The translations under genes and the position numbers were made by a program. The notes below the pieces were generated by a model, which was given only the letters and a program-made list of their open reading frames with translations, was not told where the DNA came from and ran no database searches. Below, in pieces: positions 29,318 to 39,292 of a DNA stretch of 64,000 nt (position 1 is its first letter; each line of letters opens with the position of its first letter). The stretch is taken from positions 2,366 through 66,365 of the forward strand of contig CALBZA010000085.1 in the NCBI GenBank assembly GCA_937890005.1, read 5' to 3'. Source of the DNA: an uncultured Verrucomicrobia subdivision 3 bacterium (GTDB lineage Bacteria > Verrucomicrobiota > Verrucomicrobiia > Limisphaerales > DASXHY01).

Positions 29318-31384
29318 GTGGCGCGTTTGTATCGTGCCGCGATGACCGCTCCGGACCAGATCGATTCCCCGCTGTTGCAGCCGGTGCGATCGCTTTGGGG
29401 GGTCGGACCGGAACGCGCAAAACTGCTGGCGAAGCTCGGCATTGAGACCGTTCACGATCTTCTTCTTCACAAACCGCGCCGCTACGAGAATCGTCGCAAC
29501 TTCATTTCCATTCGCGAACTTCAGCTGAAAGAACCGGCCTGTGTGCGGGGAACCGTCATTGCCTCGGGAACCAAGAAATGGAAGAAGGGGCAGCGCGCGA
29601 TGTTCGAATGCATTCTCGACGACGGAACGGCGCATCTCTACTGCCGCTGGTGGCAGTCGTATCCGTGGATGGAGGAATACTATTTGGCTGGCCGCGAGTT
29701 CGTGGTGTTTGGCAAACCGGAATCGCTGCGTCCGCGCACGATGGATCATCCGGAGACGGAACTGGTCGAAACCGGCGACGAGAATCTGATTCATCTGAAT
29801 CGCATCACGCCGATTTATCCGCTCACGGAAGGATTGCCGCAACGCTGGCTGCGCGCGTTGATATGGCGGACGCTTGAGCAGGTCGTTGTGCCGCGCGAGG
29901 ACGCGGATGCTTTTCCGGAATGGCGATCCTTCGATGCGCGGCTTGAGAAGGGTGGTCAGGGGAATCGATTTCCAGGTCGTGCGAACGCGATTCGCATGCT
30001 GCATTTTCCGGAAACGCTGGAGGATGTGGAAATCGCGCGGCAGCGACTGGCACTCGACGAGTTCATTGAACTTCAACTGAGGATTCAGCAGAGGAGAAAG
30101 CAGTTCGAAAGCAAGGCGCGCGCGCTTCCGTGCGGTGGTGACAACCGGTTGATGAAACCGTTTCTGAAGGCGCTCGGATTCTCACTCACTGACGCGCAGA
30201 CTCGCGTGTTGCGCGAGATACGATCCGACCTGCGCGGAACACATCCGATGCGCCGTCTGTTGCAGGGAGATGTCGGCTCGGGAAAAACAGTCGTCGCCGC
30301 CTGCGCGGCGCTCATGGCAATTGAAAGCGGGTTCAGCGTCGCGATCATGGCGCCGACCGAAATTCTTGCGGAGCAACATTTCGCAAACTTCTGCCGCTGG
30401 CTGCAGCCCTTTGGAATCCGGGTTGAACTCCAGACCGGCAGCCGAAAAACCGGGAGCAACGCGCAAAGAGGATTCAAATCCGAAACCCAAAATCCAAAAC
30501 CCGGAACAATCGTCATCGGCACACACGCGCTCCTCACTGAAGGCTTGGAAATTTCAGACCTTGGTCTGGTGATCATTGACGAACAGCACAAATTTGGTGT
30601 GGCGCAGAGGGAACAGCTGGTTCGAAAAGGACGCTATCCACATCTGCTGGTGATGACGGCGACGCCGATTCCAAGAACGCTCGGCCTCACGCTTTACGGG
30701 GAGCTGGATATTTCGACGATCGACGCTCCGCCGCCGAGCCGGGGAAAACTGCAAACCTATGTGCGCACGAGTGAGACGTTGCCCAGGGTGTGGAGCTTTG
30801 TTCGCGACAAGCTCGCTGCGGGACGACAGGCGTATGTCGTTTATCCACGAGTCTCGGAAAGTGTCGGGAACGAAGTGAAGGCGGTGACGAAAGAGTATGA
30901 GGTCCTGAGCAAAACGCTTGCGCCGCATCGTGTCGGATTGATGCATGGGAAACTGAAAGCCGACGAAAAAGAACAAATGATGGCGGCGTTCAGGACGAAC
31001 CGGATTCAGGTGTTGCTCGCGACGTCATTGATCGAAGTGGGCGTGGATGTTTCGAATGCCACGGTGATGGTGATCGAGAACGCGGAACAGTTCGGTCTGG
31101 CGCAGCTGCATCAGTTGCGCGGGCGCATCGGGCGCGGTGCGCATGATGCGCATTGCATCCTGATTTCGACGGCGGACAACGTCGAGGCGCGCGAGCGGCT
31201 GTCGGTGCTGGCGGAATCGAACGATGGATTCAGGATTGCGGAGGCCGATTTGAAATTGCGCGGGCCGGGTGAGTTGCTGGGAAGGGAACAGAGCGGAGCG
31301 CCTGATTTTCGGTTTGGGAATCTGGCTGACGACCTTGAGTTGATCCGGTTGGCCAGAGACATTGCCCGCCAGGCAGGTAGGTAA
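29318..31384 (+). CDS. recG: ATP-dependent DNA helicase RecG
   Basis: Wedge/OB domain, Walker A GDVGSGKTVVA, DEQHKFGV, TATPIPRT and QLHQLRGRIGRG. Confidence 0.9.
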   Translation: MARLYRAAMTAPDQIDSPLLQPVRSLWGVGPERAKLLAKLGIETVHDLLLHKPRRYENRRNFISIRELQLKEPACVRGTVIASGTKKWKKGQRAMFECILDDGTAHLYCRWWQSYPWMEEYYLAGREFVVFGKPESLRPRTMDHPETELVETGDENLIHLNRITPIYPLTEGLPQRWLRALIWRTLEQVVVPREDADAFPEWRSFDARLEKGGQGNRFPGRANAIRMLHFPETLEDVEIARQRLALDEFIELQLRIQQRRKQFESKARALPCGGDNRLMKPFLKALGFSLTDAQTRVLREIRSDLRGTHPMRRLLQGDVGSGKTVVAACAALMAIESGFSVAIMAPTEILAEQHFANFCRWLQPFGIRVELQTGSRKTGSNAQRGFKSETQNPKPGTIVIGTHALLTEGLEISDLGLVIIDEQHKFGVAQREQLVRKGRYPHLLVMTATPIPRTLGLTLYGELDISTIDAPPPSRGKLQTYVRTSETLPRVWSFVRDKLAAGRQAYVVYPRVSESVGNEVKAVTKEYEVLSKTLAPHRVGLMHGKLKADEKEQMMAAFRTNRIQVLLATSLIEVGVDVSNATVMVIENAEQFGLAQLHQLRGRIGRGAHDAHCILISTADNVEARERLSVLAESNDGFRIAEADLKLRGPGELLGREQSGAPDFRFGNLADDLELIRLARDIARQAGR

Positions 31385-31430
31385 GTTTTTACTTGTGCTC
31401 CCAGAGTATTTCGGAAAGTGTAGCGCCACT

Positions 31431-31562
31431 ATGAAAAGGACATTATCCCTGTTCGTATTGTTGGGTATGGTTGCTGTGGCGCTGACTGCTTGCAACAAGG
31501 CTGAAGAGCAACCGCCGGTAACCGAGCCGAGCACCAACGCTCCTGCTGCTGACGCTCAGTAA
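31431..31562 (+). CDS. small lipoprotein (43 aa)
   Basis: MKRTLSLFVLLGMVAVALTAC has a lipobox LTAC. The ATG at 31431 lies inside track ORF 31362..31562, and a terminator follows. Confidence 0.5.
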   Translation: MKRTLSLFVLLGMVAVALTACNKAEEQPPVTEPSTNAPAADAQ

Positions 31563-31594
31563 GAATTTCCCGATTTCCGGGGGATCTCTTTCAC

Positions 31595-31623
31595 GCCGGG
31601 CCTACAGGTCCGGCTCTTTTTTT
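31595..31623 (+). terminator. rho-independent terminator
   Basis: GCCGGGCC-TACA-GGTCCGGC hairpin (one G-T pair) followed by TCTTTTTTT. Confidence 0.7.
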
Positions 31624-31667
31624 GCCCGGATGCTTGGAATTTCAAGAGCGCCGAATACACTCCGCCC

Positions 31668-32024
31668 ATGAAGCTTTCCTTTCTCGCTGTTCTTGTTCTG
31701 GCTGCGGCGTTTCTCCTTGCTGGCTGCGGCGACAACAAGAGTTCCACCTCCTCCAGCGCAACGAACGACTCTTCCAATCCATTGACCGCACCAGTGGATT
31801 ACCTCGGCGCAGTTGGGAAGGCGCAACAGAAAGCCGTGAAGACCGTGGATGTTGCTTCGATCAACCAGGCCATCCAGATGTTTCAGGTGGAACATGGCCG
31901 TTATCCGAGCGACTTGAACGAGCTGGTGAAAGAGAAGTTTCTTCCGCAGATTCCCGCTGCTCCGTATGGAATGAAGATCGTCTATGACGCAACCAGCGGA
32001 CAGGTGCGTGTGGTGAAACAATAG
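31668..32024 (+). CDS. lipoprotein with a pseudopilin (GspG-type) globular-domain-like C-terminus
   Basis: Signal and lipobox LLAGC. INQAIQMFQVEHGRYPSDLNELVKEKFLPQIPAAPYGMKIVYD parallels the GspG segment at 44385..44831, ISAFKTALNTFEVDNGYFPKG...LETLPKDPWGNDYHYSY. Confidence 0.6.
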   Translation: MKLSFLAVLVLAAAFLLAGCGDNKSSTSSSATNDSSNPLTAPVDYLGAVGKAQQKAVKTVDVASINQAIQMFQVEHGRYPSDLNELVKEKFLPQIPAAPYGMKIVYDATSGQVRVVKQ

Positions 32025-32069
32025 CGCCGGGCCGTGAACGAAATCTCCGGCTGAAAGCGAGGTTCGAGC

Positions 32070-32825
32070 ATGGAATGGATTTCAAACCCTGAGATTTGGA
32101 TCAGCCTGATCACGCTGACGGTGTTGGAGATCATTCTCGGCATCGACAACATCGTTTTCATTTCGATTCTCGCCGGCAAGCTGCCGAAGGAACAGCAGGC
32201 CAAGGCGCGTCAGCTGGGACTCTCCCTTGCACTGATCACACGCATTCTGCTGCTTTGTGCACTGGCGTGGATGGTGAAGCTGACGAAACCGCTCTTTCAT
32301 ATTCCTGCATTCTGGTTTCTGGATCACGCGCACCCGGTCTCCGGCCGGGACCTGATTCTTATCGTGGGCGGGCTCTTTCTGCTCTGGAAGAGCACGCACG
32401 AAATCCACGACAAATTGGAAGGCGAAGAGGGTCACGCGTCGAATCGTGTCGCGCCCACATTCGCGAGCGTGATCATTCAGATCCTTCTCCTCGATATTGT
32501 GTTCTCGCTCGACTCGGTGATCACGGCGGTCGGCATGGCGAAGTATATCGGCGTGATGATTGCGGCAGTGATCATTGCGCTTGGGTTCATGCTGGTGTTT
32601 GCGGGACGGATCAGCGATTTCATCCATCGACATCCTTCGTTGAAAATGCTGGCCCTCAGCTTCCTGTTGCTCATCGGCTGCGCGCTCGTCGCGGAGGGGT
32701 TCCACAAGGAAATCCCGAAAGGCTACATCTATTTCGCCATGGCGTTCTCCGTTGGAGTGGAGAGCCTGAACATTCGGATGCGTTCGAAAACAAAGCCGGT
32801 TCGGCTCAATCAACCCTACAAATGA
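32070..32825 (+). CDS. TerC-family integral membrane protein
   Basis: LTVLEIILGIDNIVFISILAGKLP and a second DSVITAVGM repeat motif. Confidence 0.85.
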   Translation: MEWISNPEIWISLITLTVLEIILGIDNIVFISILAGKLPKEQQAKARQLGLSLALITRILLLCALAWMVKLTKPLFHIPAFWFLDHAHPVSGRDLILIVGGLFLLWKSTHEIHDKLEGEEGHASNRVAPTFASVIIQILLLDIVFSLDSVITAVGMAKYIGVMIAAVIIALGFMLVFAGRISDFIHRHPSLKMLALSFLLLIGCALVAEGFHKEIPKGYIYFAMAFSVGVESLNIRMRSKTKPVRLNQPYK

Positions 32826-32847
32826 TTTCAACAAGCACTCGAATCCC

Positions 32848-33024
32848 ATGAAGCACCTCAAAGTCATCGCCCTCGTTCTCTGCGCTTCCTCGTTGCTGCT
32901 CGCCGGCTGCAAAACCAGCAGCTCGTGCTGTGCGGATGGCGAAAAGGCGTCCTGCGGGATGGCCTGCTGCACCGACGGCAACACTGATTGCGCGAGCTGC
33001 GCCAAATGCAGCGCCAAAAAGTAA
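32848..33024 (+). CDS. Cys-rich mini-lipoprotein (58 aa), below the ORF-track length cutoff
   Basis: Hand translation gives MKHLKVIALVLCASSLLLAGCKTSSSCCADGEKASCGMACCTDGNTDCASCAKCSAKK. It has a lipobox LLAGC, then 8 Cys in the 37-residue mature tail. It starts 23 nt after the TerC stop. Confidence 0.55.
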   Translation: MKHLKVIALVLCASSLLLAGCKTSSSCCADGEKASCGMACCTDGNTDCASCAKCSAKK

Positions 33025-33042
33025 GCGGCACTGGCCGCTTAC
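33021..33042. terminator. perfect 9-bp hairpin shared by convergent genes (T5 follows on the minus strand)
   Basis: GTAAGCGGC-ACTG-GCCGCTTAC. It contains the TAA stop of the mini-lipoprotein gene (33022-24) and the stop of mfd (33039-41). Confidence 0.6.
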
Positions 33043-36000
33043 AACAGTGCCAGTAACAGTTTCCTGATTTCTTTCAGCCGCGCGCCGGCCTCCTTCTTTG
33101 TGAGGCGCGGGAACTTGCCGCCGACCATGATGAAATCCCCGCGGCGGCTGAGCATCACCTTGTCTTCCTTCACTTCGATGGAATGGATGCCGCGCTCTGC
33201 TGCGAGGCTTTTCAATTCGCCCACCTGAAGAAGCAGTTCCACCGGCGGAGGAATGGGGCCGAACCGGTCGCGGAGTTCCTTTCGAAGCAGTTCCATCGAT
33301 TCCTTGTCGGTGGCCTGCGCGAGCTTGCGGTAAATTTCGATGCGATGCTGCGGTTCGGGCACGTAGCTGCGCGGAAGGCTTGCAGACGCGCGTTGGGGTT
33401 CTGCGCCTTTTCCTGTTGAAGTTCCCGCTGGCGAAAGCCCGTTTTTACTGCTATCTCCGCTCTCATTGATCTCGCCGCTCGTATCCAGAAAAGCGAGCCG
33501 AATGCTTACTTCAACCCGCGGCTTCACTTTTTCGCCCTTGAGTGCCGAGACGCTCTGCTTCAACAGCTGGCAATACAGATCGAAACCGACGGCAGTAATG
33601 TGTCCGCTCTGCTCCGAGCCCAGGAGATTTCCCGCGCCGCGAATTTCCAGATCGCGCATCGCAATTTTGAATCCGCTGCCAAGCGTCGAATACTGTTTGA
33701 TCGCGCTGATGCGTTTCCTCACGTCGGTCAGCAATCCCGCGTGCCGTGGCAACAGCAGATACGCGTAAGCCTGATGCTTGTAACGTCCAACGCGTCCGCG
33801 CAGCTGATACAGTTCGCTCAAGCCAAAACGATCCGCGCGATCGATGATGATCGTGTTCGCGTTCGGAATATCGAGACCGCTTTCAATGATCGTGGTCGAA
33901 AGCAGCACGTCCGCCTCGCCGTTGATAAACTTCGTCATCACTTCCTCCAGATCGTCGGCATGCATCTGGCCGTGCCCGACGACAATTCGCGCGTGAGGAA
34001 CGAGAGAGCGGAGCTTTTGTTCCATTGTGTGAATCGTCGTCACGCGGTTGTGCAGAAAGAAGACCTGTCCGCCGCGGTTCAATTCGCGCTGGATCGCGTC
34101 GCGAATGATTCGCTCGTCATATTGCGTCACGATGGTTTCGACCGGGAGCCGATCGTGCGGCGGAGTCTGGATGGCGCTCATGTCCCGCGCGCCGGTGAGC
34201 GCGAGATAGAGCGTGCGGGGAATCGGTGTGGCGCTGAGCGTGAGGACATCCACCAGCTTGCGCAGCATCTTGAACTTCTCCTTGTGCAGCACGCCGAAGC
34301 GCTGTTCCTCATCGATGATCACCAGCCCGAGATCCTTGAATTGAACGTCGCTCTGGATCAGTCGATGCGTTCCAACAACGATGTCCACCGCACCGGCGGC
34401 GAGGTCCTTGATCGCCTTCTGCTGCTGGCGTCGGGTGCGGAAGCGGGAGAGCAGTTCAACGCGGATCGGATAATCCGCCATGCGCTCGCGGAAGGTGTTG
34501 AAATGCTGCTGCGCGAGAACTGTTGTCGGAACGAGCACGGCCACCTGTTTGCCTTCCATCACCGCCTTGAACGCAGCACGGATCGCCACTTCTGTTTTGC
34601 CGAAGCCGACGTCGCCGCAGATCAACCGGTCCATCGGCTTGGGACGTTCCATGTCGGCCTTGGTTTCCTGGATGGCGCGGAGTTGATCCGGCGTTTCCTC
34701 AAAAATGAACGAGCCTTCGAATTCGCGCTGCCAGGGCGTGTCGATCTTGAACGCGTGTCCGGCCTGCGATTCGCGCGCGGCCTGAATCGAGAGCAGCTCG
34801 GCGGCGACATCGCGAACCGCGCGCTCCGCCTGTTCCTTGGCTTTGTTCCAGCGTGTTCCGCCGAGGGTGTTCAGAGGCGGACGCACTTTTCCAGCGCCAA
34901 CATATTTGCTGACGAGATGAGCTTCCGTGACCGGAACGTAAAGCTTCGGTGCGGGCTGATCAGGATCGTTCGGAGCGTATTCGAGGACAAGGCATTCAAC
35001 GTTCGAAGCGGCAGTTGCCCTGTCCGTCGCTTTCGTGCCTGCGCCGGCGGGCAGCACCTTGAGTCCGAGAAATCGGCCAACCCCATGTTGCAGGTGAACT
35101 ACGAGATCGCCTTCTTCCAATTCGGTGAAATCAATGTCGAGAGCGGAGCGGGTCGCCTGCGCGTGAGGCGATTTGAGCCGACGCGGACGCTGCACCTTGT
35201 AGCGACCGAAGATTTCTGCATCCGTGACGACGACGGATCTGGCTTGGTCGCTGATAAAGCCGCGCGCAAGTGAGCCAAGATGCAGGGCCGGTTGTGCGAG
35301 TTCGCTTCCATCACCGACATTGTCGCGCCAGATTTCCCGGAAACGCTGTTCCTCGCCGTCGTTGTTGCAAAAGACATGAACCGAATAGCCCTGCCGCAAC
35401 CAGCGATGAAGTTGTTGGAAAAATTCTCTTCGCTGCGCCTCGGCGACCGGCGCTTCCGGCGCGCGGTCGGCGAGCGGGCGGAATGCTTCAAGCGAATGAA
35501 GTTCCATCGCAAGTGTCGTCGTCGCCGATTCATTCACGCGGTCGTCTTCCATTTCGAAAAGTTCGACACGTTCCATGCCGAGGCGAGACATGTCTGTTTC
35601 AAGCTGATCCCATGAAATAAAGAACGGATCGCCGTAGTTCACCTGCGACTCGTATTGATCGGCGCATTCGCGGATCGCGTCCGGTTCGAAGAGAATTGCG
35701 ATTGTTTCTCGCGGAAGATAATCGAGCAGCGAAGCCAGGTTCGACGGGGCGGAACGTTCGCCGGCCTGCTGGCGAAGAATGCCGAGTTCGCCGCCGGGTG
35801 GGATGACGACGTTCTCGATCTCCTCGCGCGAGATCTGGGTTTGCGGATCGAAGTGACGGAGCGATTCGAGTTCGTCTCCGAAAAATTCCAGTCGAACCGG
35901 CCATGGACTCGTCAACGGAAAGAGATCGACGATGCCGCCGCGCAGGGCAATTTCGCCCTTTTGCGTCACTTGCGCTTCCGGTTCGTAACCCTGGTCCTCG

Positions 36001-36527
36001 AGCCACTCGATCAGGTCGAGCGGTTCGATGCGGTCGCCACGCTTCAATGCCCGAATCCGGCGCAGCAGTTCGTCGCGGCTGAACGTTTTCTGAAGCAATG
36101 CGGTGACGCTTGTGACGACGACTTTGCTTTGCGCCGCTTCATTCTGATTCAGAAACGCGGTGAGTGTTTGAAGGCGGTCGCTGATGACATCCGCGTGGGG
36201 CAGTCGTGATTCATGCGGCAGGATTTCCCACGAAGGAAAGAACAGCGGCTGCGTGTCGTGGATGTCCGCGTGTTTCAGCCATGTCTCGACGTCCTGAAGA
36301 CAGCTTTCCTGCGACTTCAGGTTGTCGGTGACGATGAGGAGTGAACGGCTGGGGAAACGTCGTTTGAGGACGATGGCCAGGAACGCTTGTGCTGCCGGAT
36401 GAACGCCGGTGAGCGACAACGGTTCTCCATTCTCCAATCGCCGGGCGAGGGACTGCACGGCGGGAGAGTTGTCGAAACGGGCAAACAGTTCGCTTGCCGC
36501 CGTATGTGCCGCAAGTTCCTGCGTCAA
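33039..36527 (-). CDS. mfd: transcription-repair coupling factor
   Basis: 1162 aa with a UvrB-homology region, RNAP-interaction domain, helicase motifs [19 protein letters not shown] and LSATPIPRT, and a TRG motif. Confidence 0.95.
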   Translation of the reverse strand: MTQELAAHTAASELFARFDNSPAVQSLARRLENGEPLSLTGVHPAAQAFLAIVLKRRFPSRSLLIVTDNLKSQESCLQDVETWLKHADIHDTQPLFFPSWEILPHESRLPHADVISDRLQTLTAFLNQNEAAQSKVVVTSVTALLQKTFSRDELLRRIRALKRGDRIEPLDLIEWLEDQGYEPEAQVTQKGEIALRGGIVDLFPLTSPWPVRLEFFGDELESLRHFDPQTQISREEIENVVIPPGGELGILRQQAGERSAPSNLASLLDYLPRETIAILFEPDAIRECADQYESQVNYGDPFFISWDQLETDMSRLGMERVELFEMEDDRVNESATTTLAMELHSLEAFRPLADRAPEAPVAEAQRREFFQQLHRWLRQGYSVHVFCNNDGEEQRFREIWRDNVGDGSELAQPALHLGSLARGFISDQARSVVVTDAEIFGRYKVQRPRRLKSPHAQATRSALDIDFTELEEGDLVVHLQHGVGRFLGLKVLPAGAGTKATDRATAASNVECLVLEYAPNDPDQPAPKLYVPVTEAHLVSKYVGAGKVRPPLNTLGGTRWNKAKEQAERAVRDVAAELLSIQAARESQAGHAFKIDTPWQREFEGSFIFEETPDQLRAIQETKADMERPKPMDRLICGDVGFGKTEVAIRAAFKAVMEGKQVAVLVPTTVLAQQHFNTFRERMADYPIRVELLSRFRTRRQQQKAIKDLAAGAVDIVVGTHRLIQSDVQFKDLGLVIIDEEQRFGVLHKEKFKMLRKLVDVLTLSATPIPRTLYLALTGARDMSAIQTPPHDRLPVETIVTQYDERIIRDAIQRELNRGGQVFFLHNRVTTIHTMEQKLRSLVPHARIVVGHGQMHADDLEEVMTKFINGEADVLLSTTIIESGLDIPNANTIIIDRADRFGLSELYQLRGRVGRYKHQAYAYLLLPRHAGLLTDVRKRISAIKQYSTLGSGFKIAMRDLEIRGAGNLLGSEQSGHITAVGFDLYCQLLKQSVSALKGEKVKPRVEVSIRLAFLDTSGEINESGDSSKNGLSPAGTSTGKGAEPQRASASLPRSYVPEPQHRIEIYRKLAQATDKESMELLRKELRDRFGPIPPPVELLLQVGELKSLAAERGIHSIEVKEDKVMLSRRGDFIMVGGKFPRLTKKEAGARLKEIRKLLLALL

Positions 36528-36610
36528 GCAGACGAAACCTCGCAGGGGCGGGGACGCGCGTCAAGGGAGGTGGTTGGCAATCGACTATTAACGATGGGCT
36601 ATTGACCTGA

Positions 36611-36654
36611 GGGCGTGAAGGAGTGAAGGCGTGATTACGTGATCACGTGACGAG
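36611..36654. repeat. GTGA-word element with a 12-bp perfect palindrome core ACGTGATCACGT
   Basis: GGGCGTGAAGGAGTGAAGGCGTGATTACGTGATCACGTGACGAG uses the same word family as 13411-13582. Confidence 0.5.
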
Positions 36655-36662
36655 CTCTCCAT

Positions 36663-37910
36663 TCAATTGTTTCTGGATTTTGCTACTTCGACGGCGAAGA
36701 CGTGAGATGGGCCGAACATGTTTGAACGGAAAACAATCCACTTCCCGTCCGGTGTGAACTGGACGTTGGGTTCGAGTTCGTAGTTGTGGTTTTTCATGTT
36801 CACCAGCCGTTCGGATCGGAACACTCCGGTCTGGATGTAATTCTCGTCCTTCGCACCATCCATCACACGATTCAATTCAGGACGGAAGAGATAGATCCAT
36901 TTTCCGTCCGGCGCTTTGGCAACTGAACCTTCGTGCCCGCCGTCGCCGGCGAACAATGCTCCATCGCGCGATACATTGTAATGCACGGACCATTCGTTTC
37001 GCTGAAGCTGATACCACGTGCGCCGTCCGGTTTTCAGATTGTATCCAGCGAGCCAGAAGTTTTCGCCGCGTGGCGTCTGCAGGTCGTACCAGACGGTGTG
37101 GCCGTCGGCGCCGAAGAATTCGTGTCCGGCAATCTCCATCACCATCGTGCGCGGATGAATGAGTTTCAGCCCGGAACCATCGGTTCGGATGGTCCACACA
37201 CGATCCACCTGATGCCACGGGCCTTCATGACAGAACAGGATCAGGTCGGGATCGGTGGGGGACATTTGAACGTGATTGAGCCAGTCGGTGGAGGCGTGGA
37301 ACGTTTTGGTTTCGCCGGTCCGGACATCCATGGTGAACAGCTGCATCGGTGTGCGCGCCTGAACGCGCCGGGCCATCCAGGTTCCCTTGCCTTCGCCTGA
37401 AACGCGGCGGAAGGCATTGCTGGAGGCAGCGTCCGGCATGCGTTCGACGAAGCTTCCCGCCAGTGTGGTTTCGGTGGCGTTCAATGCGAGCATGGCGCCG
37501 GAGCCGAGACCGGGGATGATGCCAATTTCGCGAATTGCCTTCGTGTCGAGATGCGCTCCATAGACACGCCATTTGCGGACTTCATCCCGTTTGACGTAAT
37601 ACACCTGGCGCGTTTTTCCTCCCACCACAATGCCGCTCTGGTTCGTGGAGAAATAAGGATCGGGAACAATCAGTTCGATCTCCTTTGTCTTGAGATTCAC
37701 TGTGGAAATGCCGCCCGGTGTGGTCATCAGCAGCTTCTCGCCGTCGCCGGTGAATTGGTTCTGGTGGAAGTAGAGGCTTTCGCTGCCCGGTTCGCGCGAG
37801 AGCCGGATGATTCGATGGCCCGTATCGGGATCGATCCAGTCGGTGGGTGATTCCTGTGCGGCGAGGACAGGCAACGCAACGAGCATGAGTGCCAGGGTGG
37901 AAAGTCGCAT
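36663..37910 (-). CDS. oligogalacturonide lyase-like protein (PL22-like), secreted
   Basis: Signal peptide MRLSTLALMLVALPVLAAQ. LILFCHEGPWHQVDRVWTIRTDGSG resembles the Ogl segment AFCHEGPHDLVDARMWLINEDG. The track ORF extends to 37979. Confidence 0.65.
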   Translation of the reverse strand: MRLSTLALMLVALPVLAAQESPTDWIDPDTGHRIIRLSREPGSESLYFHQNQFTGDGEKLLMTTPGGISTVNLKTKEIELIVPDPYFSTNQSGIVVGGKTRQVYYVKRDEVRKWRVYGAHLDTKAIREIGIIPGLGSGAMLALNATETTLAGSFVERMPDAASSNAFRRVSGEGKGTWMARRVQARTPMQLFTMDVRTGETKTFHASTDWLNHVQMSPTDPDLILFCHEGPWHQVDRVWTIRTDGSGLKLIHPRTMVMEIAGHEFFGADGHTVWYDLQTPRGENFWLAGYNLKTGRRTWYQLQRNEWSVHYNVSRDGALFAGDGGHEGSVAKAPDGKWIYLFRPELNRVMDGAKDENYIQTGVFRSERLVNMKNHNYELEPNVQFTPDGKWIVFRSNMFGPSHVFAVEVAKSRNN

Positions 37911-38065
37911 AGTCAGAAGGGTGAGGACGCGTCGGCCGTGGCAAAGGTGTCGGGAGAATGGCAATGTCTGCATCCCCATTACTGGCGAGCCTGATCTACA
38001 TCAGATTTTCATTCGACACCCCTTCGCTCGTTGCTATTGTTCGCGCTCAAACGCGACCTCGACTC

Positions 38066-39199
38066 ATGATTACTCGAGCTATTTCTCACGCGGCGGCGCT
38101 GATCCCGGCGGCAGTTCTGATGATGACCGCCGGCTGTGCCACGGTTTCTCAACCGAAGTTTTTTTCGAATTGGCCGGAAGGCGCGTCACCGGCGGAAGTG
38201 GGGCGACGCGTTGCCGAAAATTTCGACGCCCGCAAGTTTGACTTCGAAACGAATCCCCGCCGGCAGTACGTCATCTATCCCGAGGTGTGCGGTTGGTATG
38301 GTTCGCTGACCGTGGCGAAACTCACCGGCGACAACGAGCTTCAGCAACGACTCGTTCGCAAGTTCGATCGCTTTCTCGGTGCTGATGCCGGACGAATTTC
38401 GCCGAATGCGCATGTTGATTACCGCGTCTTCGGAGCTGTGCCCCTGGAGTTGTACATTCAAACGGGAGAAGCCAAATATCTCGAACTCGGCAAAGGCCTC
38501 GCGGACAAACAATGGGAGAACCCGACTCCGGACGGACTCACAGCGGAAGCGCGCTATTGGGTGGATGACATCTACATGATTTCGGCGGTGCAGGTGCAGG
38601 CGTATCGCGCGACGAAAAATCCTGTGTACCTCGACCGCGCCGCGGTTACGGCGGCGACGTATCTCGACAAGCTGCAACAGCCGAACGGACTTTTCGTTCA
38701 CGCGCCGGACTCACCGTTTTATTGGGGACGGGGCAATGGCTGGTACGCGGCAGGAATGGCGGAGCTTCTCAGTGAATTGCCGAAATCGCATCCCAGGTAT
38801 GAGCGCATCCTGAAAGGTTATCAGACGATGATGGCATCGCTGCTGAAGTATCAGAGTGAGGAAGGACTTTGGCGGCAGCTGATCGACAAACCCGAATCGT
38901 GGTTGGAAACCTCCGGCACCGGAATGTTCACCTTCGCGATGGTCACCGGAGTGAAGAAAGGATGGCTTCCAGCAGAGACCTACGGACCGGCCGCGCGCAA
39001 GGCGTGGCTTGCACTGGTGGATCGTCTCGATGCGGACGCGAATGTGAAGGATGTCTGTGTGGGAACTGACAAGGCGTTCAAAGCGGTGGGCGAAAATCTC
39101 GACGCGCAGTTGAAGTTTTATCTGGAACGTGCCCGCAAGACGGGTGACTTGCACGGACAGGCGCCAATCCTTTGGACGGCTTCGGCGCTGTTGCGCTGA
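38066..39199 (+). CDS. glycoside hydrolase family 105/88 (unsaturated rhamnogalacturonyl/glucuronyl hydrolase-like), lipoprotein
   Basis: Lipobox MMTAGC, plus RYWVDDIYM, WGRGNGWYAAGMAELL and ETSGTGMFTFAM motifs. The track ORF starts at 37958. Confidence 0.7.
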   Translation: MITRAISHAAALIPAAVLMMTAGCATVSQPKFFSNWPEGASPAEVGRRVAENFDARKFDFETNPRRQYVIYPEVCGWYGSLTVAKLTGDNELQQRLVRKFDRFLGADAGRISPNAHVDYRVFGAVPLELYIQTGEAKYLELGKGLADKQWENPTPDGLTAEARYWVDDIYMISAVQVQAYRATKNPVYLDRAAVTAATYLDKLQQPNGLFVHAPDSPFYWGRGNGWYAAGMAELLSELPKSHPRYERILKGYQTMMASLLKYQSEEGLWRQLIDKPESWLETSGTGMFTFAMVTGVKKGWLPAETYGPAARKAWLALVDRLDADANVKDVCVGTDKAFKAVGENLDAQLKFYLERARKTGDLHGQAPILWTASALLR

Positions 39200-39292
39200 A
39201 GTTCATGGCCTCCAGCTGAACGAGGCGTTGTTGTCCTTGCCAGCTGAGTTACACGCCCAGCGCTCAACATCCTTCCCAACGTACGGCGTTAA

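Noticed and set aside
28334-30076. 580-aa minus-strand ORF
   Set aside because: It spans three independent, motif-supported plus-strand genes (the CoaB-like gene, the metallophosphoesterase gene and recG). It has no motifs and is Arg-rich, so it is a shadow ORF.
33600-35273. 557-aa plus-strand ORF
   Set aside because: It lies antisense to mfd and is a shadow ORF.
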